A stretch of 64,000 nt of DNA from Eutreptiella sp. 'Long Island Sound 2002' (GCA_964036045.1 OZ038379.1:26102001-26166000); one strand, 5' to 3'. Counted from the first letter of the stretch, positions 1 through 13,524 are shown. Numbers and translations: made by a program. The notes: generated by a model from the sequence alone, not told the origin.

Positions 1-578
1 TTTTGAGCATTTCTAGTATACACATTTGGAGTGAAAGCGAAATTTTACTCCCCGCCAAATGCTAGGAAAAAAACCCGGCACCTTTGGCACCAAATTGGGA
101 CCAACTGTGGTCGGGACCTTCTAAACATCTTGGCCATTTTGAGGGGGAAAGGGGTTGGAGGTGGGCCGGAAGTAGGTCACAAAGCGCTCCACACATGCAC
201 GTCCTCGTGTCAAGCTTGTAAGCTGACAGCCACCACACTCACCCACTCATCACAGGAGCTCCACATCACGGGCAAACGGGGCGAAAGGATGTAAAATGGT
301 GCAAAACGGTGCACAATGGTGCAAAACGGGAGAAAAACAGGAGGAAAATGGGTGGGGGGACAAAAGGGAACACAGTGAAATGGTGTTGGGATAGTGGGGT
401 TGTGTTGGATGACAACATTCACAAGCCTTCACAAGCCCAAAAATTTGCATGCACAAAGCAACATGATAGACATCAATTCTCCTTTCGCAATGAGGCGGTT
501 ATGGGGCATGCATGATGCCGTTGAATCCAAATGAGACATACGCTTTGTAACGCATGTTGCATATAGTATTACTTCTCA

Positions 579-2750
579 CGGGGAACCCCTGCGCTGTGCG
601 CCACTTTTAGATTGGATTCTCCTGTGAAGAATCCCCCACTGACCCCTTCCAAACACCCTCACAATTAAGCCACCCTAGCTACCCAAATGCCCCTAAATTT
701 AAGTCACTCAAACTACCCTAGCTCAAGACAAATGCAAGCTACCTTTTTTTTTATCAAATCGGCCGGTTCAGAAAGTGCCAGGGCCCGTAGGCCAGAGTGC
801 AGAGTCTCTTGCTAAATACAGATTTCGGCAGTGCCAGGGTAAGCACGCGAGTCTCAGCTCCGGGCTGGACCCCCGTGGGTTCCCTAAGTTGGGGTCAGCT
901 GGTTCTGTTATGCTGGCGTGTGATGTGTTGCCGTGTTGTGTTCGTCTGGGTCCATGAGTGGTAACTCCCATTCTGTTGGGTCCCAGTGTGGTTTGTGCCG
1001 TTTGGGTAATGGGAGTAGTGGGATTTCCCACAATGTGGGGTCCCACTCTTCCCTTGGTCGCTTGCGCGTGAAGTATAGTTGTCGGCGTATGGGCACTGTT
1101 TCTGTTGTGTATAGTTCCTGTTTTGTCCTGTATGCCTTTTGTTCCAGGAGTAGGCGCTGGTGCCAGAGTTTCAGCGGTCGGTAAAACCACTGTAAGTGTC
1201 GATGGTGTATTTCGTGTAGTTGGTGGTAGTACTGTATGTGTATCGTATGGCGTCGTGTGAGGCGTAAGTAGTTGTACCCGTCCTCGTATAGCTGGCAAAC
1301 ATAGCAGACAAATGCAAGCTACCTTCACTTTATATAACACATCATGCAAAATGTGGAAAGCCACGCAAATATCCTCTTTTCGGTTCAATTGAAAGGTCAC
1401 TCACCCTACCAGCTAGTCCCAAAGCCGCGTATGTGTCCACCCCATCCTCAACTATACCGGCGGGCAAAGTTTCTTGCAAGAGGGAATCCACGATTTCCCT
1501 CCCTGGATTCTGGCCTCACAAGCACAACACAAACTCAAGCACGTGCTCCATCACTGGCCGCTGGTGGGCTGTGGGTTCAGTATTGTGTGAGTGTCCGTGA
1601 GTGTACCTCCCCACCCCCCGAGGGACAACAGTTTCCCCCCACCCCGGGGGGGGACCGTTGCCAAGTGACCCCCCCCCCCCGGGGGATAGACACCATCGCC
1701 AACAAAGAAATTACCGCCGCATTACCGCCGCATACTACGCAGAATTTATGACCGATTAGTTGCTGCACGTCGCCCAAGGCTCTGAAATACACACTGACAT
1801 ACAAAGATCGAATGGTGCCATGCAAATGATGCAAAGAAGCAAAATTCTCAATACAATGCATCAGTCCATCAGTTTGCTGCATGCCCCTACTGCTGAACAA
1901 GGACAGTGTCAAACTTCTTTTTCCGGTCCCACATAGTCCTGAACAACTGCACATGCTGCCCATCAGCCACAGGGATGGACGAACTAGCTGCAGCAGGCTT
2001 CGTTGCATGCTGCTTTCCACGTTTGGGTGTAGGTTTTGGTGCAGGTTTGGCAACTATTGGTGCCTCCAGCTTTTTGGGGATCCACTTTTCCTCCGAGGTG
2101 TGGCCTAACCCCCAGGTTCCCTGTGCAATATGGCACTGTTGCGGTTTTTTTTTGGCAGCAGCCGGTGACGGTTCCCCCCCCCCGGGGAGGGACACGGGGG
2201 GGGGGGGGGGGGAGGTATGGAAACAACTTGTCATATAGGGCGGGCGGGCGGGCGGGCAGTAACCACCCAAATATAAAAATATTCTGAAATCAGATATGGA
2301 CATGATTGGGAAATCTGGCGATTCCCTACCGTGAATCCTTGATCAACCTTTGTTTTCAACTTGTGGTACAACCACACTTCCTCATCAGCAGGGATGCGGC
2401 CTCGCATAGGGCATTCAACTGTGGTCATGCAAAAACCGGGCAGTCCGTCACGTCAACTCGATGGGCCACGCCAAAGCGAGGGAGTCCATCACCCCAACTC
2501 AAGGGCCCACACCAAAGTGTGGGAGTCCACAGTGAAGTTGCGGAAAAAAATGTGAAAAGGGGTGGAAATAGGTGAAAGTGGGTGAAAATCCAAAAATGCC
2601 ATATCCCCCATGTGGAAGAAGCATCAAAACCTGTGCCACGGGCAACCATGATGCCCCTAGTATCACAAAGTATGGGTCTCCAGTACGGCTAGGCGCCCAA
2701 ATAGTTGCAATGTGCCCGCACTGCGCGCGCACTGCGCTAAGGGCGCCCCC
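579..2750 (-). mobile_element. Non-autonomous PIF/Harbinger-like derivative (E1), candidate 3-bp TSD TCA
   Basis: The left end (CGGGGAA...CACTTTTAGATT...) matches the family end seen at 9016, 22195 and 28357. The right end GCACTGCGCGCGCACTGCGCTAAGGGCGCCCCC matches 22861-22893 and 48077-48106. TCA lies at 576-578 and 2751-2753. Degenerate coding remnants on the minus strand (..DGQHVQLFRTMWDRKKKF..). Confidence 0.6.
746..1305 (-). mobile_element. 5'-truncated non-LTR retrotransposon 3' fragment with poly(A) tail and 20-bp TSD
   Basis: AGACAAATGCAAGCTACCTT occurs at 726-745 and 1306-1325, and a T-run at 744-752 is the minus-strand poly(A). Removing the insert restores sequence matching the homologous uninterrupted end at 22313-22362. 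Confidence 0.85.
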
Positions 2751-3451
2751 TCAGAGCGCACATTCTTCCACATGGAAAAACAGCACTCGGCGTCATGGAA
2801 ACATGTCAACTTCCGTGAGGCATCATAACTAGCCCACCACTGGTGTTTGTTTCACTGTCCAACTGTTGGTTGTCAAGGGCACCCACATCCCAGGCACGGG
2901 TCGAATTCAAACTGTGCATTTGGGGTCAGCGAGCCACGGCCACAATAATCAAACCATTGTGTGCACAAAAACTTGGGTGATCCATTGTGCTACACAAAAG
3001 GGAAGAAACATGAGAAGCCTGAACCATTGCGTGTTTGCCAGAGTCTGAGCCTGAACCCAAATACAACATCAGCCGCCATCCAAAAAACACACGCAGGACA
3101 AGTCCTCTTCCCACTGCGCCGTTATCAAAACCTGCTCACCACCCCTCACCAACACCGGCAAAATGGGAACTCACCGAACCCACCAAAAAGTCGGTGAGCT
3201 TGCCTCCCTGTGGTATGCAGAAGCAGCAATTCAGCAGTCCATCATGCTTGGCCACAGTATCAGCATACCGATCATTTCACCTTGCTTTCGCCTACTTAGA
3301 CTACGCATTGTGTCGGTAGGGTGGGGGGGTTGGTGTCATGGCCTGCAGCTGGGCACCCCCAAGTGACCCCTGTGCAAGGAGAAATGGTTGGGACATATGA
3401 CATACAACAGATAGTAAGGAGAGCAACTGAAGCAGCGCACGCACATGTGCG

Positions 3452-3454
<3 letters not shown>

Positions 3455-3494
<40 letters not shown>

Positions 3495-3500
3495 AACAAA
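3455..3500. repeat. (CA)n microsatellite
   Basis: Direct reading of the sequence. Confidence 0.95.
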
Positions 3501-4330
3501 CACGGTATGCAGATATTTGCGCTGACAAACCCAAATTGATGCACAGAAGTGCACTTAGGATCATCGGAACGTGCCTTGCGGCGAATTTCCTACCAGGTTG
3601 GAGTATGGAAAACAAGGAATCGGCACACAGCACACACATGGCGCACATTGCACTCTTTTTGAGGAGTGCAGGCTCAGGTACGCCAGCAAAGCCCTGTTAC
3701 CAGATGGTGCTCAAGAACACTCTTGGAATCAAGGATCAGAGTTATCCAATGCTGCGATTGACCCACAAAGCAATGTCGTAACAGACACGTACCCTCCCCC
3801 CCTTGAAATCTCCCCCCATAGCGCATGACGGTCTCCACCTCCGGGGGGGGGGGGGGACGGTCGCCAAGTGACGGTCTCCCCCCTGCCCCCTGGGGGGGGG
3901 GGAATGCAAGGGTATTCCAAGGCACACTGTGGTACCCTCCACTGATGCAAGCAAACAGAACACAAGTGAAGTGGGCTGTGTGGGCTGTGCCGGCGTTTGG
4001 GGTTGCAAAGACATGGGGGTATTGTTCGGCGACTCTCGAGGCTTGGGTGATGCATCCACCACAGCCTCAAGCCTTGAGAGTTGAGCACTCTCATGATCCA
4101 CTGGAGTGGCCCCACCAGGGCATATGTACCGAATGTGGCAAAACTGCGGCCCATTTGGCGAAGGCCCCACAACAGTGGCCACCGCATGTGCACATGTGCA
4201 CATGTGCGTGAGTGGTACCATACACGGTCACTGGAAAAACAAGGGGCACCAGCAAAGGAAGAACAAGGGAGCGCATCAGAAAAAACTTTTGTCAAGGTGA
4301 CGGTTCCCCGAAGCCCCCACAGAGCTACAC

Positions 4331-4500
4331 CCAGGGTTCCAATTTCTGCACCCTGCAGCCCTTGCTGGCATACCAGGAATTTTTATTTTTGCCCTGATGC
4401 TTGTCACAGGTCCCAGGGTCATAATTTCTGTACCTTGCAGCTCTTGCTGGTATACTAGGACTTTTTATTTTTTAGCGTGATGCCTGTCGCAGGTTCCAGC
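4331..4500. repeat. Degenerate tandem duplication, about 82-bp unit
   Basis: CCCAGGGT..AATTTCTG.ACC.TGCAGC.CTTGCTGG.ATAC.AGGA.TTTTATTTTT occurs twice, at about 4331 and about 4413. Confidence 0.7.
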
Positions 4501-6601
4501 CCGTCAGAACTGCTGCATCATCACCCTGTCAGGGGGAATCACCAGTGAGTTGTCCACCACGCTCTCTCAGATTCTGTGAGTGCCACGGCATCGTCTCGCA
4601 CCCCCTTTCTGGGCGAAGGACCCCTCCCCTCTTACCGTAGCACTCAGCCAACAGAATGCACCATTTAATAGAAAGAAAGGAACTTTTGGAAAGGAAAATT
4701 TCAGAAAGGGTGCAATCTGTGGCCCCCCATATCATTGTTTAATACCCAAATTCTGTTTACCGGATGACTCGAAGCAAACAGGCAACCAACAGTCAACCAA
4801 CAGCTGAATAGCTGTCCTGCATCCACAACAACCATGAAGAACCCAATTCTGTGGAAGAAAATTCATGTGTTCTGGATCTGGGTAATACAACAATACCCAA
4901 AAGTATGCACGGTGCGCGCACCGATCAAGCAACACCCCCAGTGAAGATGCCAGCAAAGAATGGGGAGTGATCTGGCCCTTGCAGAAAGCAACCATTTGAA
5001 TGACCATGCTACCCTTCCCTCCCCCTTGAGAAATACCCGGCTGTGCACAACGGTTTCCATACACACACACCACACACCCCTCGTGGAACGTGGCCAAAGT
5101 GACGGTTGTCCAGCCAACTTGGGGGAAAGACAACAGGCCTGTCACACGAAGCAAGACATGCAACCACGGGGGGCCCCACTGGTGGATATTTCTCAAGAAA
5201 GAGGGGGAACCAGGGGGGGGGGGGGCAGAGTGGGTACAGAACTCAGGCATAGCCACTGTCACAGTCACAGGAGCTGTCACCTGGGTGCTCCGTGTGGGCG
5301 TGGAGCTGCTTTTTTTTTTAAACAACAGGCCTGCGCTGAATAGCAGATAGGCTCTCAGGCTGTCCGCCGGGTCTCTGCGCCAGTGCTGCAGGCCCCAGTG
5401 ATGTCACTCGATATGCGCGTGTGCTGGAGGGAAGAACAGGACTGAACCTGCAGCATACTCTGGTGCATCGGGGTGAAGCTTCCAGCAAAAAAGAGAATAA
5501 ACGCACAGATGCGAAATCAGTGAAACAAGAGAAGGCAAAACAGCATCAATTCACAAGCCTGAAATAAACACTAGTCAACGGCCATCCTAAAATCCGGTGT
5601 TTCGGTATAAACTTGTTTATTTTTGATTCGACCAATGGCATGACCAGCGTTCAGTTAATGGGTGTCCATTCATATCATTTTGATGTGGCCGTGTGGCCGT
5701 GCTGCTCGCATGTCCTGGGATGCATATGCAGCAAAAGCATTAGTTCTTGCGGGTGGGGCACAAAACGAGTTCCCCTTTCGCATCAGCACTGCCTCATCTA
5801 CACAGATCGAACCCAAGACTCTGACGTGCCAGCCAGGGGTGCTATCTGCTATGCTCTGCTGACAATGTTGAAAAACTGAGTCCAGAACCACCAGGGTGGA
5901 GGATACAAAGGACGTTTTTTGCAGCCTCTCACCTTCCCCAGGGCCGGTCATCACCTGTGTAAAAGACGCGAAGTGACCGTTTCTGCCAATTATGGCTTAC
6001 ATGGGTGCATGGAGTGGTACACAACATGCGTATGCAGCTTTCACCGTGTACAGCTCAAGAATCGAAGTCAGAGGTTGTTAGACCAAAGCCAGGTGGGCCC
6101 GTATATATGGGAAAACGCCACAAACTCCGAAAAGTCTATTAAAATTCTCAGTATTCACCAACATCACTGGGTGCAGGCGGGTCACCACTCACTTCGGCTC
6201 CGCCGCCAACAACAAGGATAGCGCCTCCAAAATGGAGGGCCGGCCAGGTGTATTTCTGCGATGCTTTGCAGACATTTACCCCTGACCCCCCAGCCCAAAT
6301 GGTGGGCACACTGGGCACACACATCCGTATGGGCGTGTAGCTTCCCCATAGGGGTCGTATCGGCACAGCATGCACATGACATGGAGAAATTGGGTTTTTT
6401 TTTGGCTCAGACCAAGATGAGCTGGTGTAGCCTGCCCACTTCACAGTACTCGAGGTAACCCCTCGGGATCAAGGTTCACAGCTGTCCAGTGCTACGATGA
6501 TCCTACAATGACTGTGGTAGCGCATCTGACACAAGGTGATGATTAGGTGAGTCTGAAACCAGGATGTGCAGTGGGCGACTGCCAGGCCCCATAGGCTTCC
6601 C

Positions 6602-6899
6602 AGGGGAAGTTCTTGCACTGCGTGCGCACTGTGTGCGCACTGCGTGGGCACTGCGTGCATACTGCGCACGCAGAGGCTGGGATACTCACCCAAGTAATAT
6701 GGTTGGTGGTGACCGTATTATTTCCTCGGAATCCATTTCAGAAAAATGAACAATCCAAAAATATTTGACTATTTATGGAAGTACTTTTCCTTTATAGGAA
6801 ACCAAGGGCACAGGATCAATGTTCTACCACCAAAAGGTGGCTAGGGTGAGAGTATTTGCCGACATCCAAAACTTCGCACTGCGTGCACGGCATTCCCCC
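6602..6899. mobile_element. About 300-bp MITE-like element of the same Harbinger-type family
   Basis: Ends are AGGGGAA..TTGCACTGCGTGCGCACTG and GCACTGCGTGCACGGCATTCCCCC. It interrupts a dispersed repeat whose apparently uninterrupted copy is at about 7450-7640. The TSD is not clean. Confidence 0.45.
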
Positions 6900-8451
6900 A
6901 GTGTGCATGATGCTGAAGGCTGAAAAGGCCAGCAGAGTATAGGGGCCCCATAAAATATAGTTGAGGGGCGTGAAGTACTAGGAACAGGAAGGTAGTGAAC
7001 ACACATGTCTTTTGGATCAACATGAATCAACATCCGAGGCCCTACGTGAAGCAATGGCTGCATGTGAAAACATTGACCTCACCCATTTATGCCACCAAAG
7101 GTACAACATTGAGCTGGGGACACACATCCATGCAGACGCTCACCTAAATCGCGGACTTTTGCAAGAGGGCTGGTCCTCTAGAGAGGATCTTTACAAAGCT
7201 GCCGCTGCCCCTGTGCACAAACTTCGAAAACGCTCCAGTACAAGTCTGTCTGATTCAAGGCGATTATGCACACGGCCCACCTCAGCTGAGGGACCTGCTA
7301 CATGCTAGCGCCCCCCGCCTGCCACCCCCATGATGGTTGCAGTCAGCATCCCCTACCCCCTGATCCTGAAGACATTGCACTGTGTGTCGTACTTGGTGGG
7401 ATTCTTTTTCTTTGGTTCAGACCTGGCTAGGCTGGCAAAGCCCTCTTACCAAACAGTACTCGAGGGAGCTCTCCCAATCAGAGCAGTCCAGTGCTACGAT
7501 TGTCTCACAGCTCACTGTGGCAGCGGGCATGACACGTAGGTAGGGCAAGCTAAATCTGAAACCAGAAGATGCAGCGTGAACTGCCAGGCCGGTAGGCATC
7601 TCAAGGTGCCACTGGAGCATGTAGAAAACTGAAAGCCAAGATTAATCAGTGGGTGTATCGCAATTGGTGGGATATTGGGGAAGGTCCAGTGAGGAGATTT
7701 CCAAAACATCATCGCTGAAAGTGTCTAAGGTCTGGCGGTTTCATCTTGCTAGATTGGCAAGGATGCCTGCATTGGGCGAAATATCGCATTTAGGAGGGCA
7801 GCAGGCTGATATGATCCAGGGTGATGGTTCGGTAGGGGTTATTTCTTTTTTAACTGCTTACCACCCACCCCCCATGTCGTTGGCCCGGGCCATAATTCTC
7901 ACTTCTGAAAGGGGGGGGGCAGCGGCTAGGGTGGCCCTGTTTCTTCATTCCAGGTGGGGGGGGCAACGACATGCCCCGGGGTACCATTCCAAGGCCTTCC
8001 AAGAGTTTACAGCCATAGCCCTCTCAGAATTGACACCTGTCATCTCAAACCCTCAACAATACACTTCTACACATTCAGTATCAATTGTACGAGCAAGATT
8101 ATTTTGCATGCACATCCTCTAACAATGTGGAGCCAAGAAATGCACGGTGTTGGCTGCTTTTAGGCAAAAAGCCCCGGGGGGGGGGGGGCATGATTCTCAC
8201 TTCTGAAGGGGGGGGGGCAGCGGCTAGGGGGGCCATGTTTCTTTGTTCTGCAAGGGGGGGCCAGCGACAAGGGGGGGACCAGCAACATGGTGGGGGGGGG
8301 GGGGGGGTAGCGACATGGTGGGGGGGGGGGGGTACCAAAGTTCCACCAAGTCAATCAAGAGTACACAAAGCAGGTCAACGGTCCGTGACAGGGCCCGGTT
8401 CAGGTTAGGCAGCCTGTGGGCTGGCCCCAATTCCCTTCTCATGTTCAAATC

Positions 8452-8500
8452 GATCGCACAAAATGGACGATCGCACAAAATGGACGATCGCACAAAATTG
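8452..8500. repeat. 17-bp tandem repeat (CGATCGCACAAAATGGA) x3
   Basis: Direct reading. Confidence 0.9.
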
Positions 8501-9015
8501 CAAGGCAGCGCATGGCCCTTGAGGGCGGAATCCCCCCTCTTGCGAGAGCAACACTGAAAGTCCAAAATTTGACGGAAACAACATCTAGCGTTGCTCTGAC
8601 AACGGCGTTGTTTGTGCGCGCCATGAGATGACACAAGAGGTAACTATTGCACCATGAATGCACAAATTGTCAGGTGATTCCCCAATCTCCACCTCCAAAG
8701 GACAAGAGGCGGTGAAAGTGGGTGGCAAGGCAGCAACCAATATCCCTACGCCTTAAATCACCAAAAAAAACGTGATCTTCATGGACGACCAGAAAATGGA
8801 ACCGCCACACTCCAAGGTTCCAAAAGTTGCGGAAACAACACCTGCTGTCGCTGCTCTTGCAAAGGTGCAATCATCATTCACACTGCATCAGTTCTGGTGT
8901 CCAAAGGGGATATGCTATGAACAATCCATATCCTCTTGCAAGGGGGGGGGGGGGGTTAAGGGTGGAATAAGGACACCCAGTCAGCGGCTGGAGCCCATAT
9001 GCCACCCAACCCCCA

Positions 9016-9150
9016 AGGGGATTCCTTGCACTGCGCGGGCACTGCGCGCTACTTTTAGACTAGATTCCCCCTGAAGAGCCCCTAGGCATGCCCCTTTCAA
9101 ACGCCCTTAAAATTAGGTGACCCCAACTACCCGAGCCTTGGGGGTGCAAA
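9016..9150. mobile_element. Orphan terminus of the Harbinger-type family
   Basis: GGGGATTCCTTGCACTGCGCGGGCACTGCGCGCTACTTTTAGACT...AATTAGGTGACCC..AACTACCC, homologous to 22195-22320. No partner end was found. Confidence 0.6.
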
Positions 9151-9414
9151 GTAGCTAAGGGGTGTAAAAATTGCAATCTAACATGGAAAATTTTTCTCGT
9201 TTTTTTCACTGAAAACTGTTGCATCCAATTTTGATGGGGTTTACTCCACTGAAACTTGAAACTTGTGTGCGCTAGAATTCCTTGGACCTCGGAATTGCAC
9301 CTTGCGATTTGCAACCAACATATAAAAAAGTTGTTAGGTATTGTCAAGGGACAAAAATATTTCATGCCGAGGGGATTTGCGACATGTGTAGGTTTGTTTT
9401 GCGGCTGCCAATAA

Positions 9415-9632
9415 TTACCGGAGGCTTTTGAGTAGTTTTTGGTCTTTCTTGGAGGCCTCTTGATGGCTGTAGTTATCACTGGGAGGCTCTTGGATGGTTG
9501 CACTTACCTGCAGCCTTTTGGATGGTTGCTGTTATTTCTTGGAGGCTTCTCAATGGTTGCTATTGTTTCCTAGAGGCTTCTAGATGGTCACTGTTTTTTC
9601 TTAGAGCCTTCTGGATGGTTGTTGCCATTTCC
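9415..9632. repeat. Degenerate minisatellite, about 31-bp unit x7
   Basis: Recurrent (G/A)GAGGC(T/C)T(T/C)T..ATGGT(T/C)G motif at about 30-bp spacing. Confidence 0.65.
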
Positions 9633-11710
9633 GAGAGGGTGCTTGTGCACAGCGCGCGCTCAGCGCGGGCACAGCACGCACGGCGCGGGCACAGCGCGCA
9701 AATTACAAGGATAAATTGAGGATTTTTTGCTGCCATTGACAACATTCTTGCCTCTGTGGACCCTACTACACCCCTCACAATGTTGCACAACCTGATGTTT
9801 GACGCCAACCCACAGTCATGGGCGGAACCCATCCAAATGTCTCGAATGACCTTCCAATGCCATAGATGGGCAAATCGGTCAAACGGTAGTGTTGCGCTCC
9901 TTCTCGTTCTGACGGGAGTGTGCCGTAGTCTTCGGAGAGCGCCCTCTTTTGGGCCTCGGCTTTGACGTTGAGCATTGAAGCGATCTGCCCCGTGTGCGTG
10001 AATGTCCCAACCCCGGTGCCGACTGCGAATGTGACGTCCGCTGGGCCGGTAGAGATGGACTACTGGCGGTCGAAGCGGAGGGGGGACCGTGCCGGCCGGC
10101 TTGCCGCGCCTAGCGGTGACACCGACATAGACGGCGTATTTGACCACCGCAATGGCGGGGGATCGCGCCGCGTAGCCTCTAGCGATGCGAGGAGACTACG
10201 GGCTGACTGGGAGAGGGTGGCAGTGCCTGCAGAGAATACTAATGCATGGTAGTGCAGTGGGTACTGCCACGCCGAAGCAACCCAAAAGTTCGGGGGTTCA
10301 TGGATTCAACAGGTATGCATTGGAGGTCTTAGTTTCGTACTTTCATATGTGACGGTTATACGCAAACATGTCTATTGTCTTCTAGCTGTAACTTCAAGCA
10401 AGCGGCATGGCATTCCACGTACCGGGTTAGTGATCTCAACAGTGCAGCTACAGTACAGGCGATGGGGGACAATTGACTGACCTGACTGTCACCCCACACT
10501 TGCCCTGGGTGGCTTGGTGGGGGTCAGTGGTTCGCAGGAGCGGTTTCTGGCGGCGTGCTGCAGCGGCTGTGCAGCCGGCTGCAGCCCTAAAGACCCGAGT
10601 TCGATTCCTCTTCCGCAGGCAAGCGGAAGAGGAATATGAGGAGGACACGCGCCACCCGGCGGGCGGCGGTACCAGTGACGGAGGGCACTGCTGCAGGTGT
10701 GCCGTGCTTGGTGCCTTGCTTTTACTTTTTCATGATGATATACCTGACATTAGACACACTGACAACACAAATAAAAACTATCAGGACGAGACACGCCACC
10801 CATCCATCGGCGGTACCGATGGTGGAGGGGGATGCTGAAGGGGGCGGTGGCGGGGACCTCACCGGCGGGCCCCTGGACGGACAGACGAACCGGGGTTCGA
10901 ACCCCCGACGACGACGAGCGCCAGCCATGGCGCATACCACTAGACCGTCCATGCCTCTTACCCTATATGGCGCAAAATTGGTACAAAAAGGCCGAACTGC
11001 TATAGGGGTTCGAACCTGACTAGTCCTTTCCATATGGGGCGGAGGTCCAGTGCAAGCATATGAAACCAGACAGACCAGACATCCAAGGGCCCGGACCTAA
11101 CCAGTGCATACTCCTGGTGCGGGGGTTCAGTGAAGTCAGCACACGCCAGTGGCGGTTGAGCTTGACCGGTGACATCGCAAGGGGGAGGGGAGGGGCACAG
11201 CATTGGGTCCATTGTCGTCCATGTTAGCGTCCATTGAAAACTTGTCGCCAGCGCCAGCCTATCATGTAGGCGGCAAGGCCGCCGGAGAAGGACGCCAAAC
11301 AGATAGGCATCCAAAGGGTTCGAGCCTGACCAGTCCTGTCCACAGGAGGGGGGGTGGGGTGATGATAGCACATGCAGAGAGGGGTGTGAGTCTGACCAGG
11401 CCCCACCCCGGGTGTGGGGTTTCAACGTTGGAACCGGCGTCGCTCTCTTTGATAAGCATCAAAGATTTGCTGCCAATGCCGGCCAAGCAGGAAGGTGACA
11501 TGGCTGCAGATGGCCGCCATACTCGCATGTCTGTGGGCTCGCATTGTTCGGGCATGGTAGGCAGAGAATAGAGTGTGTGCACGGGTGGGCCGTCTCCTCG
11601 GTCCAGGTACGCGACTCCCCCCCCCCCCTCCGGGCCCTCCGGGCCCACTTAGTTACCAAGGGTCAATGGCTACTAGCCATACATAGGGTGGCGCCAAAGG
11701 CGCCCGAAAA

Positions 11711-12345
11711 TTTTGTCCCCTTTGCTGGGGACCCCCGAGAATGCAGGGGTGATGTACCATTTCCGCCCTCTTTTGGGCCCCAACCGTCCGGTGCTATTGA
11801 CGAAACCGGGACAATCTTTGAATCCACGCTTTGTTGTGTGGTGCATCATGGTGACCCCCGGCTTAGGTTTTGAGTTTTGATTTTGTTCCCTTTGTTGGGG
11901 ACCCCCGAAAATGCAGGGGTGATGTAGCATTTCCGCCCTCTTTTGGGCCCCAACCGTCCGGTGCTATTGACGAAACCGGGACAATCTTTGAATCCACGCT
12001 TTGTTGTGTGGTGCATCATGGTGACCCCCGGCTTAGGTTTTGAGTTTTGATTTTGTTCCCTTTGTTGGGGACCCCCGAGAATGCAGGGGTGATGTAGCAT
12101 TTCCGCCCTCTTTTGGGCCCCAACCGTCCGGTGCTATTGAGGAAACCGGGACAATCTTTGAATCCACGCTTTGTTGCGTGGTGCGTCATGGTGACCCCCG
12201 GCGTAGGTTTTGACTTCCGATTTTGTTCCCTTTGTTGGGGACCCCCGAGAATGCAGGGGTGATGTAGCATTTCCGCCCTCTTTTGGGCCCCAACCGTCCG
12301 GTGCTATTGAGGAAACCGGGACAATCTTTGAATCCACGCTTTGCT
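11711..12345 (+). repeat. 170-bp tandem array (about 3.7 units) inside element K
   Basis: Units start at 11711, 11881, 12051 and 12221. They are the reverse complement of the array at 26815-27690. Confidence 0.95.
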
Positions 12346-12908
12346 GCTTGTGTTGTTTGTGTTGTTTGTTGTTTGTGTCCAATTCGCCGATACCGGCATC
12401 TGAAGATCCCTGCCTCGAGCTTTAATACCCCGGCTCGAGGAGGAGGCAATCAGGGGTCTGGAGATCCCTGCCTCGAGCTTTTCCCCGGCTCGAGAAGGAG
12501 GCAAAAAGGGGCTTTCTTTCTTTCTTTGCTTTCTCGTGCTTTGCTTTGCGTTGCATTGCGTTGTGTTTTGTTGCGTAGTTCCGTTTTTCCGCGTTTTTTT
12601 AGGTAAGTGCGGCAAGGGGCGGTTCCCCGTATCACAAAACTTCCACCCAGCACAGTGCCCAAACCCAAACCCGTGTGTGCCGAAACCTAAACCAATACCA
12701 ATGCACTCGCCGCAGAGCGATGGAAGTAGGCACCCGGGAAAGCATTCGCCGCAGAGCGACGGGAGTAGGCACTGTCTGGGTGGCATGGTCATTAAGAATT
12801 GCGAATACAGGAGTTGCATTAGATACGTCTTTGCCGTGTTTCTTGCCTGTGTTCCACGGAATCCCGCATGTGTTTCCCTGTTTCCTGCGTGCAGTTCTTT
12901 CTCGCCCC

Positions 12909-13520
12909 ATGAGTGCAGCGAAGAAGGAAAAGAAGAAGTTACTCCAAACCGCTTGCCACATCTGCAACAAGAAGGGGTGCCAAGCTGCATGTTTGCTTTG
13001 CAACGTTGCGTTCCATACGCTTTGCGATCCTCACGATCCGTGCCCCAGTGCACCCGAATCCGCGGGCATCGATTTTGGTATTCAACCCAGACTTGCACCT
13101 TGCGAAGGACAATGCGGGAGTGAGCATGCCAAAACGGGTGATTGTGGTTGCACAGATGAAGTGTGTGGCTGTGGGTATCGCTTCAATGCTGTTCCCGAAT
13201 TTTTTCAGCGTACACAACATTTCACCAGCAGACAACACCAAGCTTGGCTTCAACCAGCCCCCCCCCAGGGTGTGCAAACCGCCATCACCTCTTCGTCTAC
13301 CTCCTCCTCCTCCTCCTCCTCCTCCTCCTCCTCCTCCTCCTCCTCCTCCTCCTCCTCCTCCTCCTCCACAGAGGCGTCATCAGGTGCAGAGCGCACACGC
13401 CCTTTGGAGAGTGTAGGACAGCGCAGGAAAGTGGAGTTGTCATGGACACGGCCCCGAAAGCGGCGAAATATAAGTGTCTCTGATTCCGACTCATCGTCGG
13501 AGGGAGAGCTTTTTAAGTGA
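12909..13520 (+). CDS. Cys/His-rich (PHD/B-box-like finger) protein with poly-Ser tract, carried by element K
   Basis: ATG at 12909 follows a pyrimidine tract and CAG. Motif C-x2-C-x8-C-x2-C-x4-H-x2-C-x2-H-x2-C (CHICNKKGCQAACLLCNVAFHTLCDPHDPC), further Cys clusters, (CCT)n encoding poly-Ser and a basic NLS-like RPRKRR. Confidence 0.55.
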   Translation: MSAAKKEKKKLLQTACHICNKKGCQAACLLCNVAFHTLCDPHDPCPSAPESAGIDFGIQPRLAPCEGQCGSEHAKTGDCGCTDEVCGCGYRFNAVPEFFQRTQHFTSRQHQAWLQPAPPQGVQTAITSSSTSSSSSSSSSSSSSSSSSSSSSSTEASSGAERTRPLESVGQRRKVELSWTRPRKRRNISVSDSDSSSEGELFK

Positions 13521-13524
13521 GCCG

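Noticed and set aside
10880-10910. tRNA or tRNA-derived SINE (GGTTCGAACC B-box-like)
   Set aside because: No A-box at the right distance and no cloverleaf; it is a short local palindrome.
11711-12345. CRISPR array (also considered for 13525-13695 and 26815-27690)
   Set aside because: The whole unit is repeated with no unique spacers, no cas genes are evident, and the context is eukaryotic.
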